DNA from: Acidobacteriota bacterium
Lineage (GTDB): Bacteria; Acidobacteriota; UBA6911; RPQK01; JAJDTT01
Reading direction: 5' to 3'
DNA: 64,000 nucleotides
NCBI GenBank assembly: GCA_965263035.1
Contig: OZ253580.1
Coordinates: 928,001-992,000 of the forward strand
Positions 38,161 through 48,435 of the stretch are shown here, piece by piece (position 1 is the stretch's first letter; each line of letters starts with the position of its first letter). The notes beneath the pieces are model-generated. The model was not told the DNA's origin, made no database searches, and saw only the letters and a list, made by a program, of their open reading frames with translations. The translations under genes were made by a program, and so were the position numbers.

Positions 38161-39342
38161 ATGAGGGCGAATAGAACAGCCGATATCATCATCATTGGTG
38201 CTGGGGTCTATGGTTGCGGTATCGCTTACAATCTGGCCAAGAACGGCGCCAAAAATGTGGTGCTTCTTGAACGTAAGGCGATATGCTCTGGCGGCACGGG
38301 GAAATCTTGCGCGGCTTCGCGCACCCACTATTCGATCCAGGCGAATCTCATCCATGCCGTCGAAAGCTTGAAGATATTCGAGAATTTCGCCGAGATTGTC
38401 GGCGGCGATGCCGGCTTTCGCCGCACAGGCTACTTGATCCTTGGCCCGGAGGAATATGGTGAACCGATGCAAGCCGTATTTCGCAGGCAAAACGAATATG
38501 GTATCGACACGACGACTGTCTCGCGTGAAGAAGCCGCGCAGATCCACCCTCTGCTCTATCTCGACGATGTTGAGGTCATCGGCTACGACACTCGCGGCGG
38601 CTACTGCGACCCCTACTTGACCACTACGTCTTACGCCTGGCGCGCTCAAGAGCTCGGGGTGACCATTGAGACCAATACTCGGGTGACCGGTATCCGCCTC
38701 AATGGGCAGGTAAAGACCGTCCAGACTCCCAGCGGCGACTTCGAAAGCTCAACTGTAGTGCTTGCCGCTGGTCCCTGGACTCACGCGGTTGGGAAAATGA
38801 TCGGCGTCGAGTTTCCTTTTGTCGTTAGCCGACACAAAGTCATCACGCTCAAGGGCGATCAACCCTACCAAATCGATTGGCCCATTGTGAAAGACTTGAC
38901 GACGCCTGACAAAATATATCTTCGATCGGACAGCGGAGGGACAGTGCTCATCGGCACGGGTGACCACGGTGACCCGATTGAGGATCCGGATTCGCTCACC
39001 GACCATGTCGATCAAGCTCACATCGCTCGTATCGGTGCCTTGATTTCCAGACGGATGCCTGAGTTTTTCGCCAAGGCAAAATGCACGGCAAGCTGGACCG
39101 GCCCTTACGATATCACCCCCGATTGGAACCCGCTTGTGGGCCCTGTACCAGGCCTGGAGGATATCTACGTTGCGGTTGGGTTCAGTGGGCACGGCTTCAA
39201 GCTGGCCCCGACAATTAGCGAAGCATTGGCTCAGAGCGTGCTTGGCCTGGAACCGCGACTGCCCATCAGCGAGTACTCCATGACACGCTTCTGCCAGGGA
39301 GAAGCGCTACACGGCGCATATGGGATTGGTTCGATTTCGTAG
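38161..39342 (+). CDS. FAD-dependent oxidoreductase (DAO / sarcosine oxidase beta-like)
   Basis: IIGAGVYG, LAAGPW, YDITPDWNP, GFSGHGFKLAP. Confidence 0.9.
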   Translation: MRANRTADIIIIGAGVYGCGIAYNLAKNGAKNVVLLERKAICSGGTGKSCAASRTHYSIQANLIHAVESLKIFENFAEIVGGDAGFRRTGYLILGPEEYGEPMQAVFRRQNEYGIDTTTVSREEAAQIHPLLYLDDVEVIGYDTRGGYCDPYLTTTSYAWRAQELGVTIETNTRVTGIRLNGQVKTVQTPSGDFESSTVVLAAGPWTHAVGKMIGVEFPFVVSRHKVITLKGDQPYQIDWPIVKDLTTPDKIYLRSDSGGTVLIGTGDHGDPIEDPDSLTDHVDQAHIARIGALISRRMPEFFAKAKCTASWTGPYDITPDWNPLVGPVPGLEDIYVAVGFSGHGFKLAPTISEALAQSVLGLEPRLPISEYSMTRFCQGEALHGAYGIGSIS

Positions 39343-39359
39343 TGACGTGGAATCGTCTA

Positions 39360-39915
39360 CTAGCGGTGAGTTCTCGACTCGGTCACGGAGCTTCCTTCTT
39401 CCAGAACAATCAGTTGCCGGGGTTGGATGTTCTGAAGAGAATCGCGGACTCCGCTGGGCCAGGAAACAGTTACTTCCAGAGGGCCCTTGTACTCGCCCAA
39501 GCCAAAATGTGCCCGATAGTCACTGGCCGCAAGATAGCTTCCGGCGGACGTGACCTGGGCTAACAGGCGTTTCGGCCCGGCTTGGAGCTCCACAAGAGCT
39601 CCGAATCCGTTTCGGTTGGATTGCTTGCCGACCAGTCTTAATTGCAACCAGGGATTTCGGTTGGCCCCTCATTGCGTAGCAGTTGCGGGCTTCCACCACA
39701 TTTGCTGACCAGTACATCGAGGTCTCCATCATAGTCGTGATCGGCCCAAACCAGACCCCGGCTGACCTGAGGAACCTCCAACGCATTACCCCGCATGGAA
39801 GACACGTCCTGGAAGCGGGCGGCCACGTTCTCCAGGAGAACTCTCGGCTGCCGGAACGTTGCTCCGGTCCGAACCTTCTCGGCGTTGTCCAGGACGTGCC
39901 CGTTTCGGAAATCAC
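39360..39915 (-). pseudogene. C-terminal fragment of a CRTAC1/ASPIC-UnbV gene, frameshifted
   Basis: NGHVLDN...SRGLVWADHDYDGDLDVLV in one frame; SNRNGFGALVE...SYLAASDYRAHFGLG...VSWPSG in another. Confidence 0.8.
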
Positions 39916-39935
39916 GAGCTCCCTTTCTCCAACCA

Positions 39936-41160
39936 TTATTCGTCAAAGAGGCTGACGAAGATACCACAGGGTTTCAGCCGGCCCTTCATCTTCTCGGTGT
40001 AGTAACCGTAGTAGGCACACAGGATCGTGCCGTCCTCCAGCTGCGTGGCCTGGGGATATCCAAGGTCGAAATTACCAGGCTCCCACACTCGCAGCTCCTT
40101 CATCGTTTTCAGATCCCAGTTCCTGCCTTCATCTCGACTCAAGATCGCCCGGACCGAAAAAGGGGGACGACGATGGCCTTAAACCAGCAGCAACGCTCCG
40201 CTCTGCAAACGTTTCAGGTAGGCAGAATGACCCCAGACGGGCGTCTTCACGGAACGGCTCCAGGTCAAGCCGTTGTCATGTGATTCCGTCTGGTAGAGAT
40301 AGTCCCACCGGGCATTCGGATCGTAGCGCGCCTCCGGCTTGGTGAAAGCGCGAGGCCGGTCGACGCGCAGCAGGGCCAGCACCTTCCCCTCGGGGCTGGC
40401 CAACATACCGGGCTCTTCCACCAGAATGGGTGGGGATTGGGAACTCGGGAAAAGTAGCGATAGGATCGGCCCTCGTCTTCACTGCGCAGGAAGACGGAGG
40501 CCCCGCGTGTTCCGGGTCCGCCGATGGACTAGCTGTAAGCGGATCCAGCAGCCAGCAGCGCACCGTCGGGTCCGGTCCATGGTGTGGAACTTGAAGGACG
40601 GATAGGGACCTCCGTCCGTCAAGGATACAGCATGCACCGAGGACAAATGGTTCGAGTACGGCATCGAGCCCACCTGTCCCTTCTGGATCAAGGCATAGCA
40701 GAGCACGTGGGATCTCATGAAGGTCATGGTGACCATGTTCCCGTCCTGAAGAGGCTGGCCATAGGACGCATCGATTATTCTGCCTACCGAGGGAGGGCCG
40801 TCGGTAGGCACCCAGTTATAGCCTCCGTCGTCGGAGATCGACCAGTGATGAACGGACACGGAATGATAATGGTGGTGAGTCTGTAAATTCTGGAGCTTGT
40901 CTATCTCCGCCATGCCAAAGGACAACACGATCTGTTCCGGCGTCAGGATCACCTGGGGATTGCTGGCGAAATATCCCAGGCTCCGCAGCGATGAACCGAA
41001 CGGCGGTGTGCAGTCGGCCACATCCACATTGGTGCCTGGGAGACGCCCAGAGAGTTCCTGTACCCCCGGCGGTAGCGGGACCAGGGGAGAATGCTCTGCG
41101 GCCGGCCAGCGTGGCGCCAGTGGCGGCACCCACAAAGCCTCGACGTGTGATTCGACTCAT
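39936..41160 (-). pseudogene. Tat-exported BNR/sialidase-like gene with multiple frameshifts
   Basis: MSRITRRGFVG start; pieces SDDGGYNW, SHDNGLTW, SRDEGRNW, DLGYPQATQLEDG in different frames. Confidence 0.8.
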
Positions 41161-41194
41161 GGCAACATCACCGTTCCGGACGAGATGCGCCAGA

Positions 41195-42523
41195 TCATCG
41201 CCTCCGTACCTCGATCGGCAGAACGAAGATGCGGGTGAGATCGCCCTCGTGGGCCGGTCTTGGTTTCGCCCCGCGATCATAAACGAGAAGCAGCCGATTT
41301 GGGGAGATTTCCACCATCTCGGTATAGGCCGAGGTCTGAGTGCGTCCCTCACGGCCAGGAGTGGAGGTGTCGTACGCGTAGGAGCCGATGCGATAGGTGG
41401 CGTCAGGCGCCCATCCGTTGTGATGCTCTCTGATATCGACGCTCTGCCAGTTCTCACCACGGCGGTCGGTGGAAAGCCAGAGCCAAATACCGGGCCTGCC
41501 CGTGGAGATGACGATCGTCCCGTTGGCGATGCGCAGCATGCTGGGTTCCACGCTGTAGGCGGGGATGGGTTCCGCCCGTGTCCAGCTGCGTCCCCCATCA
41601 TTGCTGTAGGCTCGGTGCAGGTACCAGGGGAGGCCGCTGCCCACGCGAAAAACGGCCATCAGATCTCCATCCTCCAGCCGAATGACCGCCGTTTCACTGG
41701 GACCGTTGGCTCCCCTCTTGGATGACTCGGGCATAATGGAAGGGTCTGAGATGGTCGAAAAGTAGCGCCAGGTCCGCCCCCGGTCGTCGGAGACAAAGAG
41801 CAGGTTCCTCATCAATTCCTCCGGGTACGATTTGGTGCTAAGGTATCCGGTGACGAAAAGCCTGCCTTCCAGTTCATAGGCGTTGCCATCCAGTTTGGTC
41901 CGCGCAATCCAGTTGGTTCGAGGAATGGCGCTGGGAAACATATCCACGGCCCAGGGCAAGTCCACCAATTTCGTTCCAGCCGGTTCAAAGATGAGCCTGT
42001 CGCCGCCTCGTTCAAAGCGACCGTAAGGGGCATGGAGGTTGTGTCTGTCCTCGGGGTCTGCCTGATAGAAATGGGAAGGAATGGCCAGCAGGGAGCCGTC
42101 GGCTTGCGGATAGTAGATCCAAGGCTGATGATCGGGAATCATCTCGTAGCGATGTCCCCAAGTCTTGCCCCCATCCTTGGAGATCTGCAAGCCCGTGACG
42201 TAAAGCGCCTCTTCGTTCGTGTCCGCCACCAGTGAGTATGTCACCATGAGTTCCCCCGAAGGGAATTTCGCGATGGCGGGAACGGGGTGGATGAAAGCCC
42301 AGGGCCCATCCGATCCGCTCTGCCAGGCCTTCTGGGCGGTCACCTGGATGGGCCGGCCCAGGCGCACCTGCAGCCCTTCCAACTTTACGTCGGTCATATT
42401 CTCTGCTGCGAATATGTCTGAAGCATGAGTCCGCTGGGCATGGCCGCAACTGGAAACGGCGACTAGTAGCCCTAGCAGCAGCAACCGCTTCGACGATGCG
42501 TTGTAGTCATGCAATTGGTCCAT
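41195..42523 (-). CDS. BNR/Asp-box sialidase-like lipoprotein
   Basis: Lipobox VSSC; SKDGGKTW, SDDRGRTW, SNDGGRSW. Confidence 0.85.
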   Translation of the reverse strand: MDQLHDYNASSKRLLLLGLLVAVSSCGHAQRTHASDIFAAENMTDVKLEGLQVRLGRPIQVTAQKAWQSGSDGPWAFIHPVPAIAKFPSGELMVTYSLVADTNEEALYVTGLQISKDGGKTWGHRYEMIPDHQPWIYYPQADGSLLAIPSHFYQADPEDRHNLHAPYGRFERGGDRLIFEPAGTKLVDLPWAVDMFPSAIPRTNWIARTKLDGNAYELEGRLFVTGYLSTKSYPEELMRNLLFVSDDRGRTWRYFSTISDPSIMPESSKRGANGPSETAVIRLEDGDLMAVFRVGSGLPWYLHRAYSNDGGRSWTRAEPIPAYSVEPSMLRIANGTIVISTGRPGIWLWLSTDRRGENWQSVDIREHHNGWAPDATYRIGSYAYDTSTPGREGRTQTSAYTEMVEISPNRLLLVYDRGAKPRPAHEGDLTRIFVLPIEVRRR

Positions 42524-42527
42524 TCTA

Positions 42528-42560
42528 CTTCCCCTCTTCCCCTCTTCCCCTCTTCCCCTC
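42528..42560. repeat. 8-bp tandem repeat (CTTCCCCT)x4 over the RBS of the 41195-42523 gene
   Basis: On the minus strand (GAGGGGAA)x4-GTAGA-ATG. Confidence 0.85.
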
Positions 42561-42852
42561 GCGACTTGAGTATCTTGGTGATTGTCGAGTGCCTGAGGGT
42601 CACCTCGAAACCTCGAGCCATCCGGGATTCGAGATTGATTATGGCCTTCGTCGGCAGAATTGCATAAATTATAAGGGCAGTCGTCGGCAAGTCAAGGAAC
42701 CCACGGCGAGGCCCTCAAGGGTTTGGCTATCGTTCTCAGCGGCGAAATCAAGAACCGCTATCCTTTCGTCCTAGGCAGTGGAGAGTACAACGGCGTTGCC
42801 CGCAAAGTCATGACGAATTGAGAATTCCGTGCTTTTTTTCCGGAGAAGAACG

Positions 42853-44646
42853 ATGCACAACCGACGAAGATTCTTGAGTAAGGCAGGCGCTCTCGCTGGC
42901 TTGGTCCCCGCCTCACTCAGCCAGAGCCTGCAAGGAACTGGGCAAACCCGGACCAAAGTGAAGCCGATCAAGAGACGACGGCGACGGATTGTCTGGAACA
43001 ACGACGGCAGCGACATGCTGCAGCCGGCATACGGCGGCGGAAAATGGCCGATCCCGATGAATTCCGTACAGGATTTTCTGGAGGGTACGCTCAAATGCGT
43101 GGAAGGCACTCAGGTCGACAGCATCTTCTATTGTGCCCACGTGAACGAGCCGGACTGGGAGATTCCCGCAAGGCACATTGAGGTTCTGGGGGCGAACCCG
43201 GTCAAGCACGTGGTGGATTTTGCCCACCACAACGGAATGGAGTTTTTCTACACCATCCGTATGAATGACGTTCACGCGGGACGCTACCCGCCCAAAGCCT
43301 CTTACTGGCCGCCCTTTCGGCTCAAGCATCCGGAACTGCTAATGGGTTATATCTCCCGCGAACACTGGGAGAAGAAAGTCACGCCCTGGGTCAAGCGTTT
43401 CATGGCCATCGAAAAGGAACGTTGGGAAAAGAAGCTTTACGATCCACAAAAGACAGTGGAATTGCGCCGGCTGGCCGAGGAGGAACATCCGCTCAAGGAC
43501 GTGTTCCAGCGCGACGGGGTGGCCTCGCGTGACCTGTGGTTCTGGGCAGGTTACGACTGGGCGCTCCCTCCCGTGCGAGCTCGTTACCTGGAAGTCGTCG
43601 AAGGCGCTTGCCAACGGTACGACCTCGAGGGCGTCGAACTCGACTGGTTGAGACACACCAGGTTTTTCAAGCTGGGCGAGGAACGCCGAAACATCCCCAT
43701 CATGAACGACTTCGTTCATCAGGTGCGCCAACGTCTGGACCACTACGCCCGAGAAAGAGGCCGTCCCATTTTGCTGGCGGTAAGAACTCCCGACACGATC
43801 GATGCGAGCTTGTCGATCGGATTGGATCCGGAGACGTGGGTCCGTGAAGGCTGGGTCGATCTCGTGATGGCCGGAACAGGCCTGATGCCGTTTTCAGTTC
43901 CCATGGACGAGTGGGTCGACCTCGGGGACCGTTACCACGTCCCGGTCTACGGATGCCTGGACCGCTTGTATGCCACGTTTCGCCCCGGCCGCCCCAAATT
44001 CGACATGCGGGACCCCGACATCGAAGGAGATGACGCATCGCACTACGATTGCGTTCATGCAGCTTGTCATCGCTTTTGGGAGGAGGGTGTAGACGGCATC
44101 TACTTGTACGATTGGCACACGCATCACGGCCCCACCGATCCCCGGGATTACGGTACCGTGCCACGGGTCGGTGAGCCCGGTCCTCTGGCGCGCCGAAACA
44201 AGCTCTATCGAATCGATACGGATTATTACTACTCCAGCGGCTCCATCGGGGACAGCTGCATGCCCCCTCAGCTGCCGAGAGCTTTCACCACTCAGGCGGG
44301 TCCTTCCAGTGATCGCTTCACTTTGCGGATTGCGGACGATCCTGGAGCCGTTGTTCGCGCGACCCTGCAAACCCGGTGGAAGCGGCCCGGGGACGCCAGT
44401 CGAGCCAGTTGGCAACTGAACGGGACACCTTTGTCAGACCCCCGGCCCTTGTCTGTCAAAGGGTATGGAACATCTTACGGGTTCGGGTTTCAGGAGGAGG
44501 CCGGTTGGAGCGCATTTGAAGTCTCCCCCCAAGTCTTGACAAGAGGAGATAACAAGCTGGAGATTGTGGTCCAGCCTCCTGGCGCCGGTGACCCGGCCAA
44601 GCCCGTCGAACTTCTCGAAATCCGCCTCTCGATCGGCTATTCCTGA
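42853..44646 (+). CDS. Tat-exported glycoside hydrolase-like TIM-barrel protein (GHL10/DUF187-like)
   Basis: NRRRFLSK; WNNDGSD, IRMNDVH, YDLEGVELDWLRH, GVDGIYLYDW. Confidence 0.7.
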   Translation: MHNRRRFLSKAGALAGLVPASLSQSLQGTGQTRTKVKPIKRRRRRIVWNNDGSDMLQPAYGGGKWPIPMNSVQDFLEGTLKCVEGTQVDSIFYCAHVNEPDWEIPARHIEVLGANPVKHVVDFAHHNGMEFFYTIRMNDVHAGRYPPKASYWPPFRLKHPELLMGYISREHWEKKVTPWVKRFMAIEKERWEKKLYDPQKTVELRRLAEEEHPLKDVFQRDGVASRDLWFWAGYDWALPPVRARYLEVVEGACQRYDLEGVELDWLRHTRFFKLGEERRNIPIMNDFVHQVRQRLDHYARERGRPILLAVRTPDTIDASLSIGLDPETWVREGWVDLVMAGTGLMPFSVPMDEWVDLGDRYHVPVYGCLDRLYATFRPGRPKFDMRDPDIEGDDASHYDCVHAACHRFWEEGVDGIYLYDWHTHHGPTDPRDYGTVPRVGEPGPLARRNKLYRIDTDYYYSSGSIGDSCMPPQLPRAFTTQAGPSSDRFTLRIADDPGAVVRATLQTRWKRPGDASRASWQLNGTPLSDPRPLSVKGYGTSYGFGFQEEAGWSAFEVSPQVLTRGDNKLEIVVQPPGAGDPAKPVELLEIRLSIGYS

Positions 44647-45000
44647 GCTTCTGTCCCAGATGCGGAACACTGAACTTGGGGAAAGGCAGTTATCGAGCGG
44701 TTGGTGACTCGTGAGAGCATTGACCGCTTGCCGCCGGTAGAGAGAGTTATGCTCAAACCCTCTTCAATTTGTGTGGCAATCCTTGTCGCCGTATCCCTGG
44801 TGTGGGCAGGGTCGCGAGATAAGGCCGTTCTCTTCGTGAATGAAATCATGACCGCCAGTGCCTTTACCAATGGGGCAATGGATGAAGATGGAGATTTTCA
44901 AGGCTGGATCGAACTCTACAACGGCGGAGAGAGTGCGATCGACCTGACTGGCTATTACCTTTCCAATGGGGATTATATCCCAAAGTCACAATTCGACCGG

Positions 45001-45180
45001 TCATTCGGTCTTGAACTTGAAGGGCCGAAGGAATGCCTTGCGGGCCTGTTGGAGAGACGATCCAGGCATATCAACCTCTTCCCTCAGTTCTTTGCGATTC
45101 GGTTGGTAGGACCGCTTGGGAAGGCGTATTGTGGCGGGTTTCTGTATCGTGTGGGCGGATCTTTGTTGACGGCGCTTCAT
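45001..45180 (-). CDS. 59-aa 'SYQP' passenger protein (absent from ORF track)
   Basis: MKRRQQRSAHTIQKPATIRLPKRSYQPNRKELREEVDMPGSSLQQARKAFLRPFKFKTE*; homologous to 47926-48141 and 48234-48416. Confidence 0.75.
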   Translation of the reverse strand: MKRRQQRSAHTIQKPATIRLPKRSYQPNRKELREEVDMPGSSLQQARKAFLRPFKFKTE

Positions 45181-45186
45181 GGGAGA

Positions 45187-45411
45187 TCAGTCTCGCTCTT
45201 TTGCAGCCAAGGGCATTCCCCGCGAGAACCTGGGACCCCGTGTGGACACTATTCGATCCTTCCTGGGGAGGACACGTTCCTCCAGGTTTATGGCCGCCTT
45301 GGTATTCACGAAGTGGTGGTCCCGGCTGAACCTGCACGCAAAAATCTCATCACGCATCTCTTGGATCGGTTCAGGGACTCTGTTCTCGGCAGCAAGGGAT
45401 GATCTCGACAG
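45187..45411 (-). CDS. Small hypothetical passenger ORF of element A
   Basis: Strong RBS AAAGGAGG followed by an in-frame CTG; ends 6 nt before the SYQP ORF; no recognisable family. Confidence 0.3.
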   Translation of the reverse strand: MSRSSLAAENRVPEPIQEMRDEIFACRFSRDHHFVNTKAAINLEERVLPRKDRIVSTRGPRFSRGMPLAAKERD

Positions 45412-45519
45412 GGTTCCTCCTTTCAGATCCAATCCAATCTGAGTAGAGGAACCGAGAGACTTTGGCGGGTGGCTCGGTTCCTAACCTGATCTCAGTCTTA
45501 CCGATCCGGCTTTTTCAAG

Positions 45520-46497
45520 TCAACCCACTGCTGGTCTGGCTCCACTGTCCAGTCCGTTGTCTGCAATAAGTTCCGGGTACTTGATGCGCTTGCCGATCAT
45601 CCCGACAGCGACCATTCCCATCTGGTCTTCCGTGTCCGCTTCGCGGATGTTGTGACGGCCCGAGAATTCATTGACGTATTGGTGTAGGTGCTTGGGGCTC
45701 AGCTTGTGGAAGGTGCCCATGTGCGCCCTTTTCAGCATGGACCAAAAGCTCTCCACGCCATTGGTGTGAGCCTTGCCCCGGACGTATTCGCCAACTGAAT
45801 GCCGCACGGTTTCGTGGTTCGGGAGAGCGTGGTAAGTCAGGGCATCGTCCGTGTAGATCTTGGCGCCGGGTTCCATCTGCTCCATGATGAAGCGGCTCAT
45901 GGTTTCGCTCTTGACATTGGGGACAACTCTGGCAGAAACCTGCTTCGTGGGTCGGTCTTTGATGCCCGCCACAGCCGTCTTTCCCACAGATCCTCGACCT
46001 GTCAATTGCTTCCTCTTGGCCTTTGGCATGTTCTTCCGCTTACCGCCCCTATAGGTCTCATCAGCCTCTACCGGACCTTGAAACGTCCCGGTGCCGATCT
46101 CCGCGGCCTTGCGGAGCCGAGCCAGCATGAACCAAGCGGCTTTCTGGCCGATGCCCAGCTCTCGGTGCAGCTTCATGGAAGAAATGCCCTTGATGTTGGT
46201 GGTGAAGAGATAGCTGCCTACGGCCCAGACGCGATAAGGGAGCTTGGTGCTTTCCATGACCGTTCCCTTGCGGATGGAGAACATAGGCCGCTTTGGACAG
46301 TCCCGGCAACGGTGGGTCATGGTCTTGTGCTTGATGCCACTTTGGACGTTGAATGATCCGCAGTTGGGGCAGAACGGACCATCCGGCCAAACCTGCTCTT
46401 CCAGCCACTTTAAGGCCGCTTCGTCGTCCCGGAACTTGTCCGCAACTTGCAGCAGAGTGAGTCCTTTTCGGTGGGCTTTCCCAGGCGCTTTCTTCAT
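45520..46497 (-). CDS. IS1595-family transposase
   Basis: Zn ribbon CPNCG...CRDC; VEADETY, IYTDD, HTNGVESFWSMLKR. Confidence 0.95.
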   Translation of the reverse strand: MKKAPGKAHRKGLTLLQVADKFRDDEAALKWLEEQVWPDGPFCPNCGSFNVQSGIKHKTMTHRCRDCPKRPMFSIRKGTVMESTKLPYRVWAVGSYLFTTNIKGISSMKLHRELGIGQKAAWFMLARLRKAAEIGTGTFQGPVEADETYRGGKRKNMPKAKRKQLTGRGSVGKTAVAGIKDRPTKQVSARVVPNVKSETMSRFIMEQMEPGAKIYTDDALTYHALPNHETVRHSVGEYVRGKAHTNGVESFWSMLKRAHMGTFHKLSPKHLHQYVNEFSGRHNIREADTEDQMGMVAVGMIGKRIKYPELIADNGLDSGARPAVG

Positions 46498-46852
46498 CCC
46501 GTTTCCCTCTCTCATTGTGACTAAATAGTAACACGGAGGGGTGACAGAATCAAGCGTTTACGGAAGGAAATTGTGACTTTGGGATATAATCCCCTTTCCA
46601 ATGATCCTCAACAGCCCAGGAGGTGGAGATTCCCGGACGGCCGCGTTTCTCCTCAGGAGTTTCTGATGGTCTGGACGTCCGCCAAGAACAAGGTCGGAGC
46701 AAACGGAGAGCTGCACACCAATTTTCAACTGTCGGGTGCGGAGCCGGTTCTTCTCACCGCCCCTGACGGAAACACATTGATCGACTCGCTCCAGGCCCCG
46801 TCAGAAATCGACCGGGACGAATCCTACGGAAGACATCCTGACGGGCACGAGG

Positions 46853-47674
46853 ATCTACTGTCCCTACTGCGGGGCCACCAATGTCCAGATTGGATGCAAG
46901 CATAAGACGATGCCGTTTCGTTGCCGTGAGAAGGAATGCGGAAAGCATTTCAGCATCAAGACCGGGACCTTCATGCAGTCAAGCAAGATCGGCTATCAGA
47001 ACTGGCTCTACGCCTTCTACCTGTTCGCCACGAATCTGAAGAGTGTTTCCAGCATGAAGCTCCACCGCGAGCTGGGCATCACGCAGAAGTCAGCCTGGCA
47101 CCTGGCACACCGGATTCGCCAGGCCTGGAACTTGGACCCGGAGGAGAGATTTTGGGGTCCGGTCGAGGTGGATGAGACTTGGTTTGGTGGCAAGCGGAAG
47201 AACATGCCGAAGAAGAAGCGGTCTCAGTTGAAGGGGCGCGGCCCGGTTGGGAATACCGCTGTCGTGGGCGTGAAAGACCGGAAGACCAACCGCGTGTCGG
47301 CTCAGGTTGTCGAGGACACGACCCAGGAGACACTCCAGGGATTCGTCCAGGATCGGATCGACCCGGACGCGGCGGTCTACACGGACGATTCCTCCTCCAA
47401 TGCATCGCTGGACAATCATGAGTCCGTCCGTCATTCCCAGTTGGAATACGTTCGGGGTTCGGTTCACACCAACGGCGTTGAGTCCTTCTGGTCGATGTTG
47501 AAACGGGCGTATATGGGCACCTTCCACCGGCTGTCAGAGCGTCATCTTCACCGCTACGTCGGCGAGTTCGCAGGACGCCACAATATGCGGGAACTGGGAA
47601 CGCTGGCTCAGATGTCTCTGGTCGCTGATCGGGCCATTGGGCAGCGGCTCCGGTACCAGGATTTGGTCAGTTGA
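46853..47674 (+). pseudogene. IS1595-family transposase, 5'-truncated
   Basis: IYCPYCGATNVQIGCKHKTMPFRCREKEC, VEVDETW, VYTDD, HTNGVESFW; N-terminal helix missing. Confidence 0.85.
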
Positions 47675-47684
47675 ACCGGACTGA

Positions 47685-47936
47685 GGTGGCGGATTCCAGT
47701 GCCATCACATTCGTCTCGATAGACGAAATGACTACCTTCTCGGTCTTGGCATCAGGCCGAGTGAAATCCTGTTCAACGTCTGGACCAAGGTCGAGGTCTC
47801 AGAGCAACAAGCCGGGCGTCTTGTGAGGATGGCGGAAGGACGATCCGTTACCTTCAAGCTCACGAAGCGACCTGAGCAAATGCATCCGATCGAAGACCTT
47901 CCCCGCTGGGCAATAGGGCTGGAAAATGAGCAATAG
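47685..47936 (+). pseudogene. Start-less C-terminal remnant of a putative PD-(D/E)XK restriction-endonuclease-like cargo gene
   Basis: Reads GGGFQCHHIRLDRRNDYLLGLGIRPSEILFNVWTKVEV...LVRMAEG...FKLTK; resembles the FQFNHIR..YD.LLCLGI.P segment recalled from type II REase-like proteins. Confidence 0.4.
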
Positions 47937-48141
47937 GAAGTCCACAGTTCGCAAGAATCCGAAATCCAGAACCGTAGAACTGGTCCATTCTTCTTACCAG
48001 CCGACGAAGGCGGAGAAGGAAGAGGAGTTCAATTTGAAGGTGCCGGGAGAGACCCCATTAGATCGAATGGGCAAGCTGGCGCGGGCAGTCCTCCGTCCCG
48101 TCAAACCCCGGTGGATCAGAAAGCCCAGGAACCGTCGTTAA
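47926..48141 (+). CDS. 71-aa 'SYQP' passenger protein
   Basis: TVELVHSSYQPTKAEKEEE...LARAVLRPV...WI.KPRNRR; stops ~10 bp before the TIR. Confidence 0.75.
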   Translation: MSNRKSTVRKNPKSRTVELVHSSYQPTKAEKEEEFNLKVPGETPLDRMGKLARAVLRPVKPRWIRKPRNRR

Positions 48142-48233
48142 TGCTTGCGTTTCGGGACTTTCGTATATAATCCCCAATAGAAGGGCACTACAAGGAAATG
48201 GGGATTATATACGAAAGTGCCGAAACCTGAGCA

Positions 48234-48416
48234 TTAACGCCGGTTCCGTGGCCGGTCTATCCATCTGATATTCACGGGCTGGACCAATGCACGGGCCAGC
48301 TCCTCGAAGTCTGCTTCCACGCGCATATCCTGTTCCAGTTCGGCCTTGGTCGGTTGGTAGGAATCCTTGACCAGTTCGATGGTGGGATGTTGGGGATTGT
48401 GTCTGGGTTTCTTCAT
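48234..48416 (-). CDS. 60-aa 'SYQP' passenger protein
   Basis: TIELVKDSYQPTKAELEQD...LARALVQPV...WIDRPRNRR; ATGA overlap with the reconstructed upstream cargo gene. Confidence 0.75.
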   Translation of the reverse strand: MKKPRHNPQHPTIELVKDSYQPTKAELEQDMRVEADFEELARALVQPVNIRWIDRPRNRR

Positions 48417-48435
48417 GCGGCCCTCGGCATCCTAG

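Larger units (their letters stand above)
44968..46594 (-). mobile_element. IS1595-family element A (complete, with passenger ORFs)
   Basis: 26-bp perfect TIR GGGGATTATATCCCAAAGTCACAATT; 8-bp TSD TTTCCAAT (44960-44967, 46595-46602). Confidence 0.95.
44749..46855 (+). pseudogene. Lamin-tail-domain (LTD, often CotH-associated) secreted protein gene, interrupted by IS1595 and 3'-truncated
   Basis: VNEIM...WIELYNGGESAIDLTGYYLSN | DPQQPRRWRFP...LHTNFQLS...DESYGRHPDG rejoins in frame across the 8-bp TSD. Confidence 0.85.
46853..48175 (+). mobile_element. IS1595-family element B (left end lost)
   Basis: Right TIR ...GGGACTTTCGTATATAATCCCC ends at 48175; the transposase begins mid Zn ribbon (IYCPYCG), joined to the LTD gene. 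Confidence 0.85.
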
